Assembly (NCBI RefSeq): GCF_045037415.1
Contig: NZ_CP173438.1
Reading direction: 5' to 3' (one strand)
Origin: Escherichia coli
Lineage (GTDB): Bacteria; Pseudomonadota; Gammaproteobacteria; Enterobacterales; Enterobacteriaceae
Length of the DNA: 64,000 nt
The notes beneath the pieces were generated by a model. It saw nothing but the letters and a program-made list of their open reading frames with translations. It had not been told where the DNA came from and searched no databases. The stretch's first letter is position 1, and every line of letters begins with the position of its first letter. Made by a program: the position numbers and the translations under genes. Positions 23,600 to 34,377 of this stretch are shown piece after piece.

Positions 23600-23973
23600 C
23601 GTTTCGCCTCCGGATGCTTCCCCAGGGTAATGTTATTTACCGTTCTGTAATTGTCGCGGATCATCAGGCCTGTTGCCCGGCGAGCCCGGAGGATATCGAT
23701 GCTGTTTATTAACTGAGAGTGGGTACAGGCGCTGAATCCCGGCAGGTCGGTACGTACCAGTGCGTATTTTTCCACGAGAAAGTTCACTGCATCACACAGT
23801 GAAATGCCTGCCTCAATATGCTGCTCAATCACACGTTCATCAGCGAACGGTGTGTCATTCAGCGTAAGGCCGTAGTGCTGGTCCAGCAGTCGGGTGAGCA
23901 GTGTCTGCCAGATGGTGACTGGAGACGGGCAGCACGATACCTCCCGTACATGCGTGTCGGGTAATGTTTTCAT
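23596..23973 (-). CDS. cbtA: CbtA/YeeV-family toxin (type IV TA, cytoskeleton inhibitor)
   Basis: 125 aa; ...[48 protein letters not shown]... matches recalled YeeV/CbtA. Confidence 0.85.
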   Translation of the reverse strand: MKTLPDTHVREVSCCPSPVTIWQTLLTRLLDQHYGLTLNDTPFADERVIEQHIEAGISLCDAVNFLVEKYALVRTDLPGFSACTHSQLINSIDILRARRATGLMIRDNYRTVNNITLGKHPEAKR

Positions 23974-24062
23974 ACTGAAGATTTTCCTGATATGCAGAGA
24001 TAAAAAATGGGACAGTGGCGTGGTGAAAACACCAGGCCGGAGCAGAAGGTTATTCTGGTGGT

Positions 24063-24431
24063 TTACTTTTTCGTTTCAGGTGTCGGATAAACAGCCAGAT
24101 AAACGTAACCACAGGAGCCGAGGGTGTCGGCTTCACAGGTCAGCCCCTTCGCATACAGTGTCACGGTATGCTGATGGCGGGGATTCAGTTCACCACTGGT
24201 GAGCATTAATTTCAGTTGTTTCATCAGCAGCGGAAAGGCCTGGTCCAGAGGGTACGCATCCGCATCTCTGAACCGGCCTCTGATACCGGCACGGTCGGCA
24301 AGGTAATGCAACCGGTTACCCTCCTGCACCAGACGGGCGCCGAAACAGGGCGTCACTGTGCAGGGTAGTCCCCACCAGGGATGGTCGTCATTGTCATCGG
24401 GATGCGTTGTCCCGGAAAGTGTGTCTGACAC
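24063..24431 (-). CDS. cbeA: CbeA/YeeU-family antitoxin (GTG start)
   Basis: [50 protein letters not shown]... matches recalled YeeU; immediately upstream of cbtA. Confidence 0.8.
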   Translation of the reverse strand: MSDTLSGTTHPDDNDDHPWWGLPCTVTPCFGARLVQEGNRLHYLADRAGIRGRFRDADAYPLDQAFPLLMKQLKLMLTSGELNPRHQHTVTLYAKGLTCEADTLGSCGYVYLAVYPTPETKK

Positions 24432-24593
24432 GATAAAATCCTCACAGAAAATCGGTGAATGATAGTTTAACGATGACGGGTCAGCCGGCGCGCAGACCGG
24501 CTTCGGTAAAGGTGTATTCGTTGATGAGCAGGACCTCATCCACAGCGGCGTCTGAGCTCTGCCAGTCGTACTCGTTTTCCGGGTGACGGAACA

Positions 24594-24815
24594 TCAGTTC
24601 AGGGTGACGCTCATCAGCCGGACATACGGACCAAAACTGTCCTTACGGCGTTCTGCAAACACGGCCAGCACACCGGGAATATCCTGCACTTCACGACCGG
24701 TATACGCTTCAGCACTGCCGTGCCAGCGGTATTTGCCGGTACAGAACGGAAAAAGACGGGATGCCGGATGCTGACGGTGAATACGCATGGCTTCGCCACG
24801 GGTGATGATTTTCAT
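24594..24815 (-). CDS. yeeT: YeeT-like DUF987 protein
   Basis: 73 aa MKIITRGEAMRIHRQHPASRLFPFCTGKYRWHGSAEAY... Confidence 0.75.
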   Translation of the reverse strand: MKIITRGEAMRIHRQHPASRLFPFCTGKYRWHGSAEAYTGREVQDIPGVLAVFAERRKDSFGPYVRLMSVTLN

Positions 24816-24877
24816 AGTGGGATACCTCTGAAGACAGAAGATAAAAGTGAAAACAGGTGTGATGTGGTTGTGACGGG

Positions 24878-25354
24878 TTAAAGCAGACCATATTCGGCAA
24901 AGGAGAAAACCTGGCTGCCACCGACTATCAGATGGTCCGGCACCCGGATATCCACCAGGCCCAGTGCCTGTACCAGACGTTCCGTGATAAGGCGGTCTGC
25001 CTTGCTGGGTGTGACTTCACCGGACGGGTGATTGTGTGCCAGCACCACAGCAGCGGCATTGTGATACAGGGCGCGTTTAATCACTTCCCGGGGATGGACT
25101 TCCGTGCGGTTGATGGTGCCGGTGAAGAGGGTTTCACCGGCAATCAGCTGATTCTGGTTGTTCAGATACAGCACCCGGAACTCTTCACGCTCCAGTCCCG
25201 CCATGTTCAGAATCAGCCATTCTCGTGCCGCACGGGTGGAGGTGAAGGCCACGCCGGGTTCATGAAGATGGCGGTCCAGGGTTTTCAGGGCCCGTTGAAT
25301 GAGGCTGCGCTCGCCGGGCGTCATCTCTCCGGGCAGAAAGGAAAGCTGTTGCAT
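24878..25354 (-). CDS. yeeS: RadC-like JAB-domain protein (YeeS/YkfG/YfjY family)
   Basis: JAMM-like motif HNHPSGEVTPSKAD; conserved CP4-island position. Confidence 0.8.
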   Translation of the reverse strand: MQQLSFLPGEMTPGERSLIQRALKTLDRHLHEPGVAFTSTRAAREWLILNMAGLEREEFRVLYLNNQNQLIAGETLFTGTINRTEVHPREVIKRALYHNAAAVVLAHNHPSGEVTPSKADRLITERLVQALGLVDIRVPDHLIVGGSQVFSFAEYGLL

Positions 25355-25369
25355 TGTACTTCTCTCCAT

Positions 25370-25843
25370 TCAGTCGATGATGCGCATAATGGCGCTGCAT
25401 TCCGGATGCTGCAGGGCGTAATCCCGCAGCCGGTAATAATGGACCGTCATGGCATAACACTCCGTACGACAGGCATGATGACTGTACGTCATCAGACAGG
25501 CAGCAATGCCGGCGGCTTCCGGGCTCATTTCAGCGCGGTTACCGTTCATGGCATTGAACAGTACCCATGTTTCGTCATCATCGTCATCCGGTTCGGGTGC
25601 CATAAATGCCCCGCCGTTGTTCAGGGTGTACAGATTCCAGATACCACCGCAGTAGTCTTCACACAGACGGTCCATCCAGCCGAAGATACGGGGCTCCAGG
25701 GTCACCCACTGTGGAATGAGGCCAAAGTGCTGCGGCCAGAAGCTGATGCGCCGTTCATCAGGGACGGGAGTGGCTACCAGTTTTTGCAGGTCAGTCTCCG
25801 GTGCACAGGCCGAAGAGGTGGTGTTCTGAGACAATGTTTTCAT
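25370..25843 (-). CDS. Antirestriction protein (ArdB/KlcA-like, YfjX/YafX family)
   Basis: ATG at 25843; MKTLSQNTTSS...FGLIPQWVTLEPRIFGWMDRLCEDYCGGIWNLYTLNNGGAFMAP... Confidence 0.8.
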   Translation of the reverse strand: MKTLSQNTTSSACAPETDLQKLVATPVPDERRISFWPQHFGLIPQWVTLEPRIFGWMDRLCEDYCGGIWNLYTLNNGGAFMAPEPDDDDDETWVLFNAMNGNRAEMSPEAAGIAACLMTYSHHACRTECYAMTVHYYRLRDYALQHPECSAIMRIID

Positions 25844-26184
25844 GTATGAAATCCTTGTAATGTGAATAAATGAGAGGGAGTAAAGGTCGGGAGCTGGCAA
25901 CATCACGTTCATCACTGACCGTGATGACCCGGTAATATCAGGGATGAATGATATTCGGCTGAAATTCCGGACAGCCGTACGCGTAACCGTTCCGGTCACA
26001 GACGGATGGCCAGATGCCATTGCCTGTATACTCAGTCTGCACAGACTGATTTCTCCGGGACGGTAAAGCAGACGGGTACACCAGGCGCACAGGTCATCAT
26101 CAGAAATGGAACGACACCCCGGCAGCGCCTCCGGGGCGTCGGGTGATTCTGGTGCCTGAATCACGCCTTCAGGGACATGCTGCA

Positions 26185-27003
26185 TCAGCGCAGGCTCTCC
26201 AGCAGCGTTTCTGCCATTACCCACAATGCGCGGTTGAGCTTAATATCGGTGTCGATGTTGTGAATGGCACGGGTGTGGATACGTTTTCCTTTTGCACTGC
26301 GGCCGGAAATTCCGCCTTTCAGCATATTCTCCTGGATGGTCTGATATGCGCTCCACAGGTCTTTACCGTAATCCTCCCGGCGTCGTGGTGTCAGAATGTC
26401 AGCGGTGGTGACTGGCTGATGTTCGTCACCATAACGGTAAGTCAGTGCCGCCTGTGCCAGCGCCTGGCGTGTCGGTGGCGGCAGGACCAGCGACTGCATG
26501 GCATCACGCTTTTCCTCAATCCGGTCAAACACGCCCACCACCTCGTAAGCCCCTTCAATGACTCTGTCCACCACATTTCCCCGATGCGGAACACGCACTT
26601 CCCCCGGAGACTGACCACAGACGCATCCGTTCTGACAGACGAACCTGAAGTAACCCGGCAGCATCTGGTAGCTGGAGGTACCGTCATGGGAGTTGAGCAG
26701 AATGATTTCAGGGACATGTTCTCCGTTTATCTCTCCGGCCCGCCGCAGACGCAGCATGTGTTTTGTGTATCCCCGGCGGCCCGGGTCGCGCACACGGGTC
26801 TGGCAGGCGAAGAATGGCTGAAAGCCTTCCCGCTGCAGGCTTTCCAGTACGGTGATGGTGGGAATGTACGCATATCGTTTACTGCGGGAAGTATGCCGGT
26901 CTTCACCGAAAATACTGGGAACATAGTGCATCAGTTCTTCGTGTGTCAGCGGACGGTCACGGCGTATCTGGTTCGTATAACCAAAACGACTGGCTAGTCG
27001 CAT
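26185..27003 (-). CDS. DUF932-family protein (YafZ/YfjQ-like)
   Basis: 272-aa ORF in the conserved position between Ag43 and the antirestriction gene. Confidence 0.7.
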   Translation of the reverse strand: MRLASRFGYTNQIRRDRPLTHEELMHYVPSIFGEDRHTSRSKRYAYIPTITVLESLQREGFQPFFACQTRVRDPGRRGYTKHMLRLRRAGEINGEHVPEIILLNSHDGTSSYQMLPGYFRFVCQNGCVCGQSPGEVRVPHRGNVVDRVIEGAYEVVGVFDRIEEKRDAMQSLVLPPPTRQALAQAALTYRYGDEHQPVTTADILTPRRREDYGKDLWSAYQTIQENMLKGGISGRSAKGKRIHTRAIHNIDTDIKLNRALWVMAETLLESLR

Positions 27004-27157
27004 AATTTGCTCCTTATCGGTGGTTAAGATTTACTGGTGTAATAAATGAAAAAGCCACGTCTCCCGGAGAAGACGCGGCCTGACAGATGAAATGAATGAC
27101 GTTTATTGTCTGAGAAGCCCTTAACTGGCGAGCTGAGTATTAAGCTGTGTTCCGGCA

Positions 27158-27352
27158 TCACCAGCGCAACTGACCTTCAGCATTACGGATAACCAGCCGG
27201 GAATATGTTCCCTGGTCATCTTCAGTAAACACATTGCGGTAAGCTGTTTTGACGGCAACAGCCTGTTCGCGTGAGAAAGGGCCTTCGGGCAATAAACGTG
27301 ATGTACAACCCGGCATATCTGTTGCTCCCTGAAAGTAAAAAGCCCCGGTCAT
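27158..27352 (-). CDS. Small hypothetical protein (DUF905-like)
   Basis: 64-aa ORF between flu and the DUF932 gene; family assignment uncertain. Confidence 0.35.
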   Translation of the reverse strand: MTGAFYFQGATDMPGCTSRLLPEGPFSREQAVAVKTAYRNVFTEDDQGTYSRLVIRNAEGQLRW

Positions 27353-27363
27353 GATGACCGGGG
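27336..27363 (-). terminator. Rho-independent terminator downstream of flu
   Basis: GCCCCGGTCATcATGACCGGGGC hairpin followed on the minus strand by TTTTT. Confidence 0.55.
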
Positions 27364-27386
27364 CCTGAAGGAGAGTGACCTGATTA

Positions 27387-30233
27387 TCAGAAAGTCACAT
27401 TCAGCGTGGCCTGACCGTTATAACCTTCAGCGCTGCTGCCGCTGACGCTGTGGGCATAACCGCCCTGAACGCCCAGGGTGATATTTTCCCGGATACGGGC
27501 TTCCAGTCCGGCCTGCAGGTCCAGTGACGTGCCATTCCGGGACGGTGAGAACGTCATGTTACTGCCGGCTGCGGCTGTCCCCATGCTCATGTCACCCCGG
27601 GAGCTGAAGGTGCGGATAACAGAAGGCTGTACCCACCAGTTCACCGGCAGTTCACTCACACTGTGTTTTGCACTGTCGCGCAGGGTGTCACGGGATGAGG
27701 TGCCTTCACCAAAGCTCATATCGTTGTGGCTGCCCAGACGGAAACCGGCACGCACATGTTGTGCACTGCCATGCCCGAACTTCACATAACCGGCGTTATC
27801 CTGGCCGTCATCCAGGGAGAGTCCCTGCCAGGTGTACTGCAGTTGTGGCTCCAGCATCAGATTGTCAGTGATACTGAAGGGCAGACCGGTTTCCAGTGAG
27901 CCCAGCCAGCCCCAGCCCCGGGCGCGGAAGTCGTTATTGTCCGATGACGCTTTCATGCTGTGACGGGTTCCCTGGGCCACAATGTCAGCCCACAGGCCGG
28001 AGGATGTGTGTACCAGATTCAGGTATCCGCCCAGACTGCCGGCATCATCCCGGACCGTGCCGGCGCGGGAGCCGTCATCATCCTTAACATCAACGGAAGA
28101 ATGGCCTGCGGCACCATACACCCCTGTCGTCAGAGACATACCGGCAACCTCTGTTCTGAGCAGGTCACCCTCCAGACGGACGAAGCCATAGCTGCCGCTG
28201 CTTTCCGGCGTGGCTCCACGGGCAATACCGCCGTTGTTATCGTGACCGAGATGACCGCCCTGAATGCTGAGACGGACGCTGTTATTTTCACCGTTTACAC
28301 CGGTCTGATGGCTGCGGGAGCCTGCCAGAATCCGGTCATAGTCCATTGCCTGTGTCAGCATGGATGTATACAGGGGGACTTCAGCACGATAAGCATTTTC
28401 ACTGCGCAGGTACCAGTCTTCATCGCTGTCACGGTTCAGGGTGTAGTTAAAGGCGCCGGCCTGAAGCGGGCGACTCAGGGCAAACGCACCTTCTTCTGTG
28501 GTGGCGCCATTCTGTGCATCCACAACCCGGATACCCTGTCCGGAGGTTGCCACCCCAAGGTTACTGTTTCCGACATTTGTAAACGCAAGCCAGGTTTTGC
28601 CGGTTGCCTGACCACCATTAATCACCAGCTGGTCAGAGGTATTGCTGCCATCAAGGCGAACACGCATATTGATGGTGCCACCCTGACCGGTGAGGTTACT
28701 GGTGGTCAGTTTATGGAACGTTACCGGGGAGTCGCCTTTTGCAACAGCACGGCTCAGCGCGGCATCCGGTGTCGTCTGATTATCAAAGCGAATCTCCCCT
28801 GCGTTAACAATATCGCCGGTACTGACCACATCACCATTCAGTACCATGCTGGCACCTTTACTGAGCTGTGTTCTGCCACTCAGATTTCCCCCGGCAGCCA
28901 GCGTCAGTGTTCCACGATGTCCGACAGTGGTGTTGCCAGCCTGTCCTCCGGCATTAACCGTAAAGCTGCCGCCATTTTCCAGCAGCAGGCCGCTGGCCTG
29001 ACCGGAGATACCATCAATACTGAACTTACCGCTGGCATTGGTCCCCTCAACAGTGGCACCACTGTCTGCTATCAGGGCACCACCGGATGTCATGGTGACA
29101 TCTGTTGCCTTACCACCGGCAGACACTGCCAGGATACCGCCGTCATCCACCAGGGTATTCTGCGCTGAATGGCCTTCCAGTACATCCAGGCGACCACCGG
29201 ACTCCAGAACAACACCGTCAGCATTACCGTTTTCCACAGTGAAATTGCCCAGACGGTTGCTGCCGGTGACGGTTGCCGCCGTACTGGTGACCAGTGCGCC
29301 TCCCTGCTTCAGGGTGACATTCGTGGCTGTACCACCGGCGTTCACCTGCAGTTTGCCTTTCTGGTTAACGGTGGTGAAATCCGCCAGACCACCTTCCTTG
29401 ACAATCTGCCAGCCGTCACTGTTTACAACCGTGTCAGAGGCTGTGCCTCCGTTGTGCACATACTGGTAACCGCCATTCAGTGTGGTATCCAGCGCATGCC
29501 CGTGTACCGTCTGGTCGCCGCCGGCATAAACCACAGTGGTATTTGCTGTTCCTTCAGCAGCCACAATCTGACGACCATTTTTATTGATGGTGGTACGTAC
29601 GGCATTTCCGCGAACAAACTGCCCGGTATCACCATTGTCTGCATCTGGTCCCCCTTCCGCGCCGGTATTCACAACCGTGTCGGTTGCCATTGCGCCGGAT
29701 TTGACGGCCTGCCAGCCCTTCTCATTAATGACGGTACCCGTTGCAATCCCGCCTTCATGTACCCACTGCTCACCGCCGTTCAGAGTGGTATTCACTGCCT
29801 GCCCCTGAAGGCTCTGTCCTCCTCCGGCACTGATAACCGTGTCTGAAACGCTTCCTCCGGCATTCACTCTCTGAAGACCACCACCGGTGACAGTAGTGTT
29901 GTTGGCGATACCGCCATTTTGTATCCATTGTCCGCCGGTATTGGCCTCGTTATCCGGCCCATACTCCAGCCCGGTACTGATGGTCATTCCGTTGGCCGTA
30001 CCGAGGACAATCTGGTTGTCATGATTTGTCAGTGTTCCGTCGTTCACGGTTTCTCCCGCCTGTACAACCGTGTCAGCAGCCAGTGCCGGGACTGATGTGA
30101 CAGCAGCAAGAGACAGTGCAACCGCCACACCGGCGCGTTTTCCCCGTGAGCGGGCCAGTTCGGAGGCCACCACCAGGGTGCCCGTAATGTGATTCCATAC
30201 CAGCCTGTAGCTGGTGTTCAGATGTCGTTTCAT
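27387..30233 (-). CDS. flu: Antigen 43 (AIDA-I-type self-associating autotransporter adhesin)
   Basis: ATG at 30233 ([18 protein letters not shown]...), extended signal peptide, repetitive beta-helix passenger, C-terminal beta-barrel ending ...ATLNVTF. Confidence 0.9.
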   Translation of the reverse strand: MKRHLNTSYRLVWNHITGTLVVASELARSRGKRAGVAVALSLAAVTSVPALAADTVVQAGETVNDGTLTNHDNQIVLGTANGMTISTGLEYGPDNEANTGGQWIQNGGIANNTTVTGGGLQRVNAGGSVSDTVISAGGGQSLQGQAVNTTLNGGEQWVHEGGIATGTVINEKGWQAVKSGAMATDTVVNTGAEGGPDADNGDTGQFVRGNAVRTTINKNGRQIVAAEGTANTTVVYAGGDQTVHGHALDTTLNGGYQYVHNGGTASDTVVNSDGWQIVKEGGLADFTTVNQKGKLQVNAGGTATNVTLKQGGALVTSTAATVTGSNRLGNFTVENGNADGVVLESGGRLDVLEGHSAQNTLVDDGGILAVSAGGKATDVTMTSGGALIADSGATVEGTNASGKFSIDGISGQASGLLLENGGSFTVNAGGQAGNTTVGHRGTLTLAAGGNLSGRTQLSKGASMVLNGDVVSTGDIVNAGEIRFDNQTTPDAALSRAVAKGDSPVTFHKLTTSNLTGQGGTINMRVRLDGSNTSDQLVINGGQATGKTWLAFTNVGNSNLGVATSGQGIRVVDAQNGATTEEGAFALSRPLQAGAFNYTLNRDSDEDWYLRSENAYRAEVPLYTSMLTQAMDYDRILAGSRSHQTGVNGENNSVRLSIQGGHLGHDNNGGIARGATPESSGSYGFVRLEGDLLRTEVAGMSLTTGVYGAAGHSSVDVKDDDGSRAGTVRDDAGSLGGYLNLVHTSSGLWADIVAQGTRHSMKASSDNNDFRARGWGWLGSLETGLPFSITDNLMLEPQLQYTWQGLSLDDGQDNAGYVKFGHGSAQHVRAGFRLGSHNDMSFGEGTSSRDTLRDSAKHSVSELPVNWWVQPSVIRTFSSRGDMSMGTAAAGSNMTFSPSRNGTSLDLQAGLEARIRENITLGVQGGYAHSVSGSSAEGYNGQATLNVTF

Positions 30234-30444
30234 CAGCTTTTCCTTACAGAGGGTGAATAAAAAAGCCGGTACCCACAAAAGTGGATACCGGCAGGTACAA
30301 AACAGCATGGTCAGATAAAGTGGTTTTTCCCGGACATAAATGCTTCCCCTCTCTCATCCGCCAGAGAAGTATCAGTCCGTTGTGTGCAATTCCGTTCTGC
30401 ATGATGAAGAGATTCAGCTGCCTTTTCGCAGACCATTAACCACT

Positions 30445-30490
30445 ATAAACGATCGATGGTAACGATCGATACCTGTTTTATCGATCGTTT
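30445..30490 (-). promoter_or_regulatory. flu (agn43) phase-variation switch region with three clustered GATC (Dam) sites
   Basis: GATC at 30451-30454, 30464-30467 and 30483-30486 upstream of the flu start. Confidence 0.55.
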
Positions 30491-30580
30491 TATTCTATTA
30501 ACAGCAGAGCAGTCACGCAAGAGAAACAGGAGGGGGATGGAGTGTTTGTATCATGTTTTCAGTTGGTTAACGCAATGTAA

Positions 30581-31477
30581 TCAGGCATTTCCCCTGGCAG
30601 AGTGTTCAGAAGAAAATCCAGTTCCATACAGCGCGGGCAACAGAGACCACCGTGTCACGGACGGCACGCAGAACCGTGCGTGCAACAGAGGCAATACAGA
30701 CGCTCTCCGCCGTGTCAAATATCCGGTCCACCGCACCGGTAAACTGTTCACGGGCCTGAACCGGACAGATTCCGTGCGCAGCTCGTCCTGCAGGCGGGTC
30801 ATCAGGGGACTGGCGGCATGGTCGGGAAGTGCTGTCATGAGCGCACTGACCAGCGTATCCAGTTCCCAGCCGGTGCGGGCCGATACGGCCACAACCGGAT
30901 GTACGGGCCGGAACAGACGGAATACCGCCTCCGTTTTCTCCCGAATGTTCTGTGCCTGTGCGGGAGAAGGCTGAATGCCGGCCATATCCCATTCATGGCA
31001 GGGCTCCGTTTTGTCGGCCTGCGTCACCACAAACAGCACCTGCTGATGTCCCCGGTGCAGGATGTGTCGCCAGAAATACTCATCCACAGACAGGGCACGG
31101 TCATCGGCTTTAATCAGCCACAGTACCAGGTCAAGTTCAGGCAGAATGTCACGGTACAGGGCTTCATACTCTGCATCCCTGTTCCGGCTCTCGCCCACCC
31201 CGGGCAGGTCAGTGATAACCATGCTGTGACCATGGCCACTCAGACGGAAGCGCCGTACTTCCCGGGTGCCGGCGTGAACATCACTGACCGGGGTGACCTC
31301 CCCCTGAAACAGTGCATTACAGAGTGAGGATTTACCGGCCCCGCTTTTACCCATAATGCCAATCACGGGTTCGTGACTGGTGAGTTTGCGCAGATGTTCC
31401 AGGATGTGACGGGAAAGCGAGTAAGGCAGGGAGGAGAGCGGTTTTTCAATTGCCTCAATGGCATCAGACGGATTCAT
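30581..31477 (-). CDS. yeeP: YeeP/YkfA/YfjP-family GTPase, probable C-terminal frameshift near 30770-30780
   Basis: G1 motif GIMGKSGAGKSS, G3 DLPGVG; the conserved C-terminus (...QAREQFTGAVDRIFDTAESV...) is in another frame (ORF 30606-30992). Confidence 0.7.
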   Translation of the reverse strand: MNPSDAIEAIEKPLSSLPYSLSRHILEHLRKLTSHEPVIGIMGKSGAGKSSLCNALFQGEVTPVSDVHAGTREVRRFRLSGHGHSMVITDLPGVGESRNRDAEYEALYRDILPELDLVLWLIKADDRALSVDEYFWRHILHRGHQQVLFVVTQADKTEPCHEWDMAGIQPSPAQAQNIREKTEAVFRLFRPVHPVVAVSARTGWELDTLVSALMTALPDHAASPLMTRLQDELRTESVRFRPVNSLPVRWTGYLTRRRASVLPLLHARFCVPSVTRWSLLPALYGTGFSSEHSARGNA

Positions 31478-31561
31478 ACATGTATTCCCGGTGAAAAAAG
31501 ACAAAACCCCCGCACACCGGAAAGGTGGCGGGGGACTCACGGAGATAATATATGTCTGAAA

Positions 31562-32479
31562 TTATCTGGAATGTCGGTACCTTTTATACTCTTCAACAAT
31601 CAGGTCATGCAGCATTTCGCCGGTACTGAGTCTTCTGACCCTCGATAATTCTTTGAGCTGCGCCCTGGTTTCTGCGTCAAGAAAAAACTGTACATTGACT
31701 TTATCTTCCTGCATTTTTTTGTACTTGCGCTGCGCCTTGGCCTTATTGAAACTGTTTCTGAAATTTTTTATATCGTCAGGTGAGGTGAGTGGACAGGTAA
31801 CCCATATGTCAAATGAAAGGTGGATTGCGTGGTAAATATCAGCAGAACCAGGAAAACTGGCCAGTTTTTCCAGTGCAATATTTTTTCCCTTCAAATAATT
31901 CCATGTCCATATGCATTCATGTTCGTTCTCCGGGAGGAGGTAACTGAAAGGACTCTTTGATTTAAATGCCCGTATCCATCTGTCTTTGGTCTGGATTATC
32001 CACTCATCCCGCAAATTCTTATCAGAAAGAATATCGAGAACTCTGAGTATTTGTCTGAACTGTGTCGATGAGTCCGACGGGAAGGCATTCCCTTCCAGAT
32101 ACTCTTCTTTAAGATACAGTTTATTCTTTTGAAGCAAGTCTGCGCTTATTTTTGCCCTGTTATTCTGGATAAACTGCATCAACAGATACCAGGAAAATAA
32201 GCATGCGCGTTCACTGCCCGCGATCCAGGATATTTTTTCCAGGGGGACCAGGAAGGCCAGGGCCTTCAGACGCATACCAGAAATTATTTGTTCAAGTTCA
32301 AAATCTGAAAGTGTGATGTTCAGATTTTCTCTGTTTTTTTTTATGTAAGCGATAAAACGTTCCGGGGGATCATAAACATTAAGGGGCAGTACGGAGATAT
32401 TACGCTCTCCAAGATAATAAGAGTAATACGCATTTGTTCTTTCATTCATAACCTTATCCGACAAAATTTTCTGAACCAT
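31562..32479 (-). CDS. Hypothetical protein (305 aa) with C-terminal ribbon-helix-helix-like segment; AT-rich
   Basis: Long uninterrupted ORF; C-terminus VNVQFFLDAETRAQLKELSRVRRLSTGEMLHDLIVEEY; no recognised family. Confidence 0.6.
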   Translation of the reverse strand: MVQKILSDKVMNERTNAYYSYYLGERNISVLPLNVYDPPERFIAYIKKNRENLNITLSDFELEQIISGMRLKALAFLVPLEKISWIAGSERACLFSWYLLMQFIQNNRAKISADLLQKNKLYLKEEYLEGNAFPSDSSTQFRQILRVLDILSDKNLRDEWIIQTKDRWIRAFKSKSPFSYLLPENEHECIWTWNYLKGKNIALEKLASFPGSADIYHAIHLSFDIWVTCPLTSPDDIKNFRNSFNKAKAQRKYKKMQEDKVNVQFFLDAETRAQLKELSRVRRLSTGEMLHDLIVEEYKRYRHSR

Positions 32480-33679
32480 CCTCTTTCTCCGGTTGCTTAA
32501 AAATTAAACATAATAAGGTGATAATAACATGATAAAAAGAAGTTTATAATAGTATATTAAGGTGGTCAATAAAAAGGCAATCTGCGCGCTGTACAGTCAT
32601 TCTGACAGGAAATGCAGGAGGAAGGGAAGGTAACCGGCTTCGTTATGCTGACAGGAATACCTGTTATCATGGAAGTGCACTCATGTGGCCGACGTAGCTT
32701 AAGAGGATGGAAGAGTGGAGACTGCAGACAGGGGGTATTGAAAGGTAAACATGTTTCGCCCGCCAGCTGCACCGGGGGCCAGCATCACTTTTTTTACGTT
32801 GTAACCCGGTATGCATTCCGGCTTTGATGATTACAGTCAGAGGGCAGCAGACTGACGTTATTTAACCGGACAGAAAAATTATGGACACTGAAATATCGTC
32901 TGTTAATACCTCGTTTGTCGGTGTGGTATTCCCTGTATTACCGGCGTCACCGATAAAGAGAGTTATAAACGCCAGAAAGGTACCTCCTTTATGCCGGGGA
33001 ACACTTACGGAAAATGAAGTCTGAAAAGGAGCACAATGAAAAGAGGCGTGTCCCGTAAATATAACGAATCATCGCAGGATATGCATTATCAGGTGATACC
33101 AGAGGGCATTAAACTGTCGCCACGGATAAGAATATACAACATTTCTGATAACAAAACATCATAACGTGTTTCAGATATGTTCCGGCATCAGTCTGACGGA
33201 TATTATTTCCCGGGAAAACAAACCTGCTACTGTGACGGTTAACTGTATCTGCATAAATTATTTATGATGAAAGAACAGTATTACGGATTCAAATATCATC
33301 CTGTTTGCATTCAGGCGGACATTCCCGGATGCCGGAAAGAATATCCTGCAGGCTGAGTGAGTCTCTTCCACAGTGCCGGGATCGCTGTCGCCACGTACAT
33401 ATTGTCACCAGGATGGGTATGTACCGCAGCATGCCATTTCTGGTGAATAACCGCACCTGCACATTCAGTCTGCTGAGAACCTGGCGTGCATCGGGCTGTA
33501 AAGAACATCCCTGTCCGTGGCTCCTCTGGTGGTGTTGCCTGCTCAGCAATGACAGGATGCCCTTAAGACGCCCGTCATGGCTCAGTATGATGACGACGAA
33601 CACGCTCTGCAGGTGAGCATGCGGGGCCGGGAGCATCATCATTTCCGTATTTTGTCACACCTTCCGGAAGCAACCGGCA

Positions 33680-34297
33680 TCAGTTGCGGTTATCGTCAAC
33701 CGTTGTGCGGTATGCCAGGAGCACGTACTGATCCATCAGATCCGTCAGTGCTGCGCTCTGCCTCTGACGGTTGATGATCCATTCCTCCAGCTCTTTTTCT
33801 GATTTCCGTTTCAGGTTCTCTTTCCAGTCTTCAAGGCTGTTTCCGGTCATTAAATCAAGCCAGCAAAGCCAGACCAGTTTGAGGCGCAACTCCGTGCCAC
33901 CAAACTGACGGAAGAGGCTAATCAGTTTATTTGCCAGAGAACGCTGCCTCAGACGTTCACATTCAGACAGGAGAATGCCTTCCAGCATCGGATGATGAAC
34001 CAGCAGATGTTCACTGGTGCATAAATTCACTATCAGATCATCATCCAGGGGCGGCGTGGCCCGTTTGTCAGGGCCATAAATCAGCCGGTGCAGGCTCTGG
34101 GGTACGATGGCAATCTCCGGTTTTTCACCATTGAATGACACCCACCCGGGCGTCAGATTATGGAAGTAGTAGATATTCGGATGACACACGCCCCAGGATA
34201 CGGCGTGCCGGGTGAAGCCGGTCAGCCATTTCTGGTAGCTTTCGTGGAGCAGTTCGTAACGGGTCTGATACTGTTGTTTCATTTTCATATTCCTCAC
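33680..34297 (-). CDS. Hypothetical protein (205 aa) downstream of alpA
   Basis: ORF only; no recognised motifs. Confidence 0.45.
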   Translation of the reverse strand: MRNMKMKQQYQTRYELLHESYQKWLTGFTRHAVSWGVCHPNIYYFHNLTPGWVSFNGEKPEIAIVPQSLHRLIYGPDKRATPPLDDDLIVNLCTSEHLLVHHPMLEGILLSECERLRQRSLANKLISLFRQFGGTELRLKLVWLCWLDLMTGNSLEDWKENLKRKSEKELEEWIINRQRQSAALTDLMDQYVLLAYRTTVDDNRN

Positions 34298-34377
34298 GGG
34301 GGATATAACAGGCAGCAGAATGCCGCCGGCAGGCCGGGGATTACGTCTGCTGCGGGTGAACGGATAACGGTCAGAAA

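Noticed and set aside
27478-29846. Several long plus-strand ORFs (up to 402 aa)
   Set aside because: They are antisense to the repetitive, GC-rich flu passenger domain; their low-complexity Cys/Pro/Thr-rich translations are typical antisense artefacts.
33289-33642. Mutually overlapping ORFs on opposite strands (117 and 103 aa)
   Set aside because: They cannot both be real, and neither has family features or a convincing start context.
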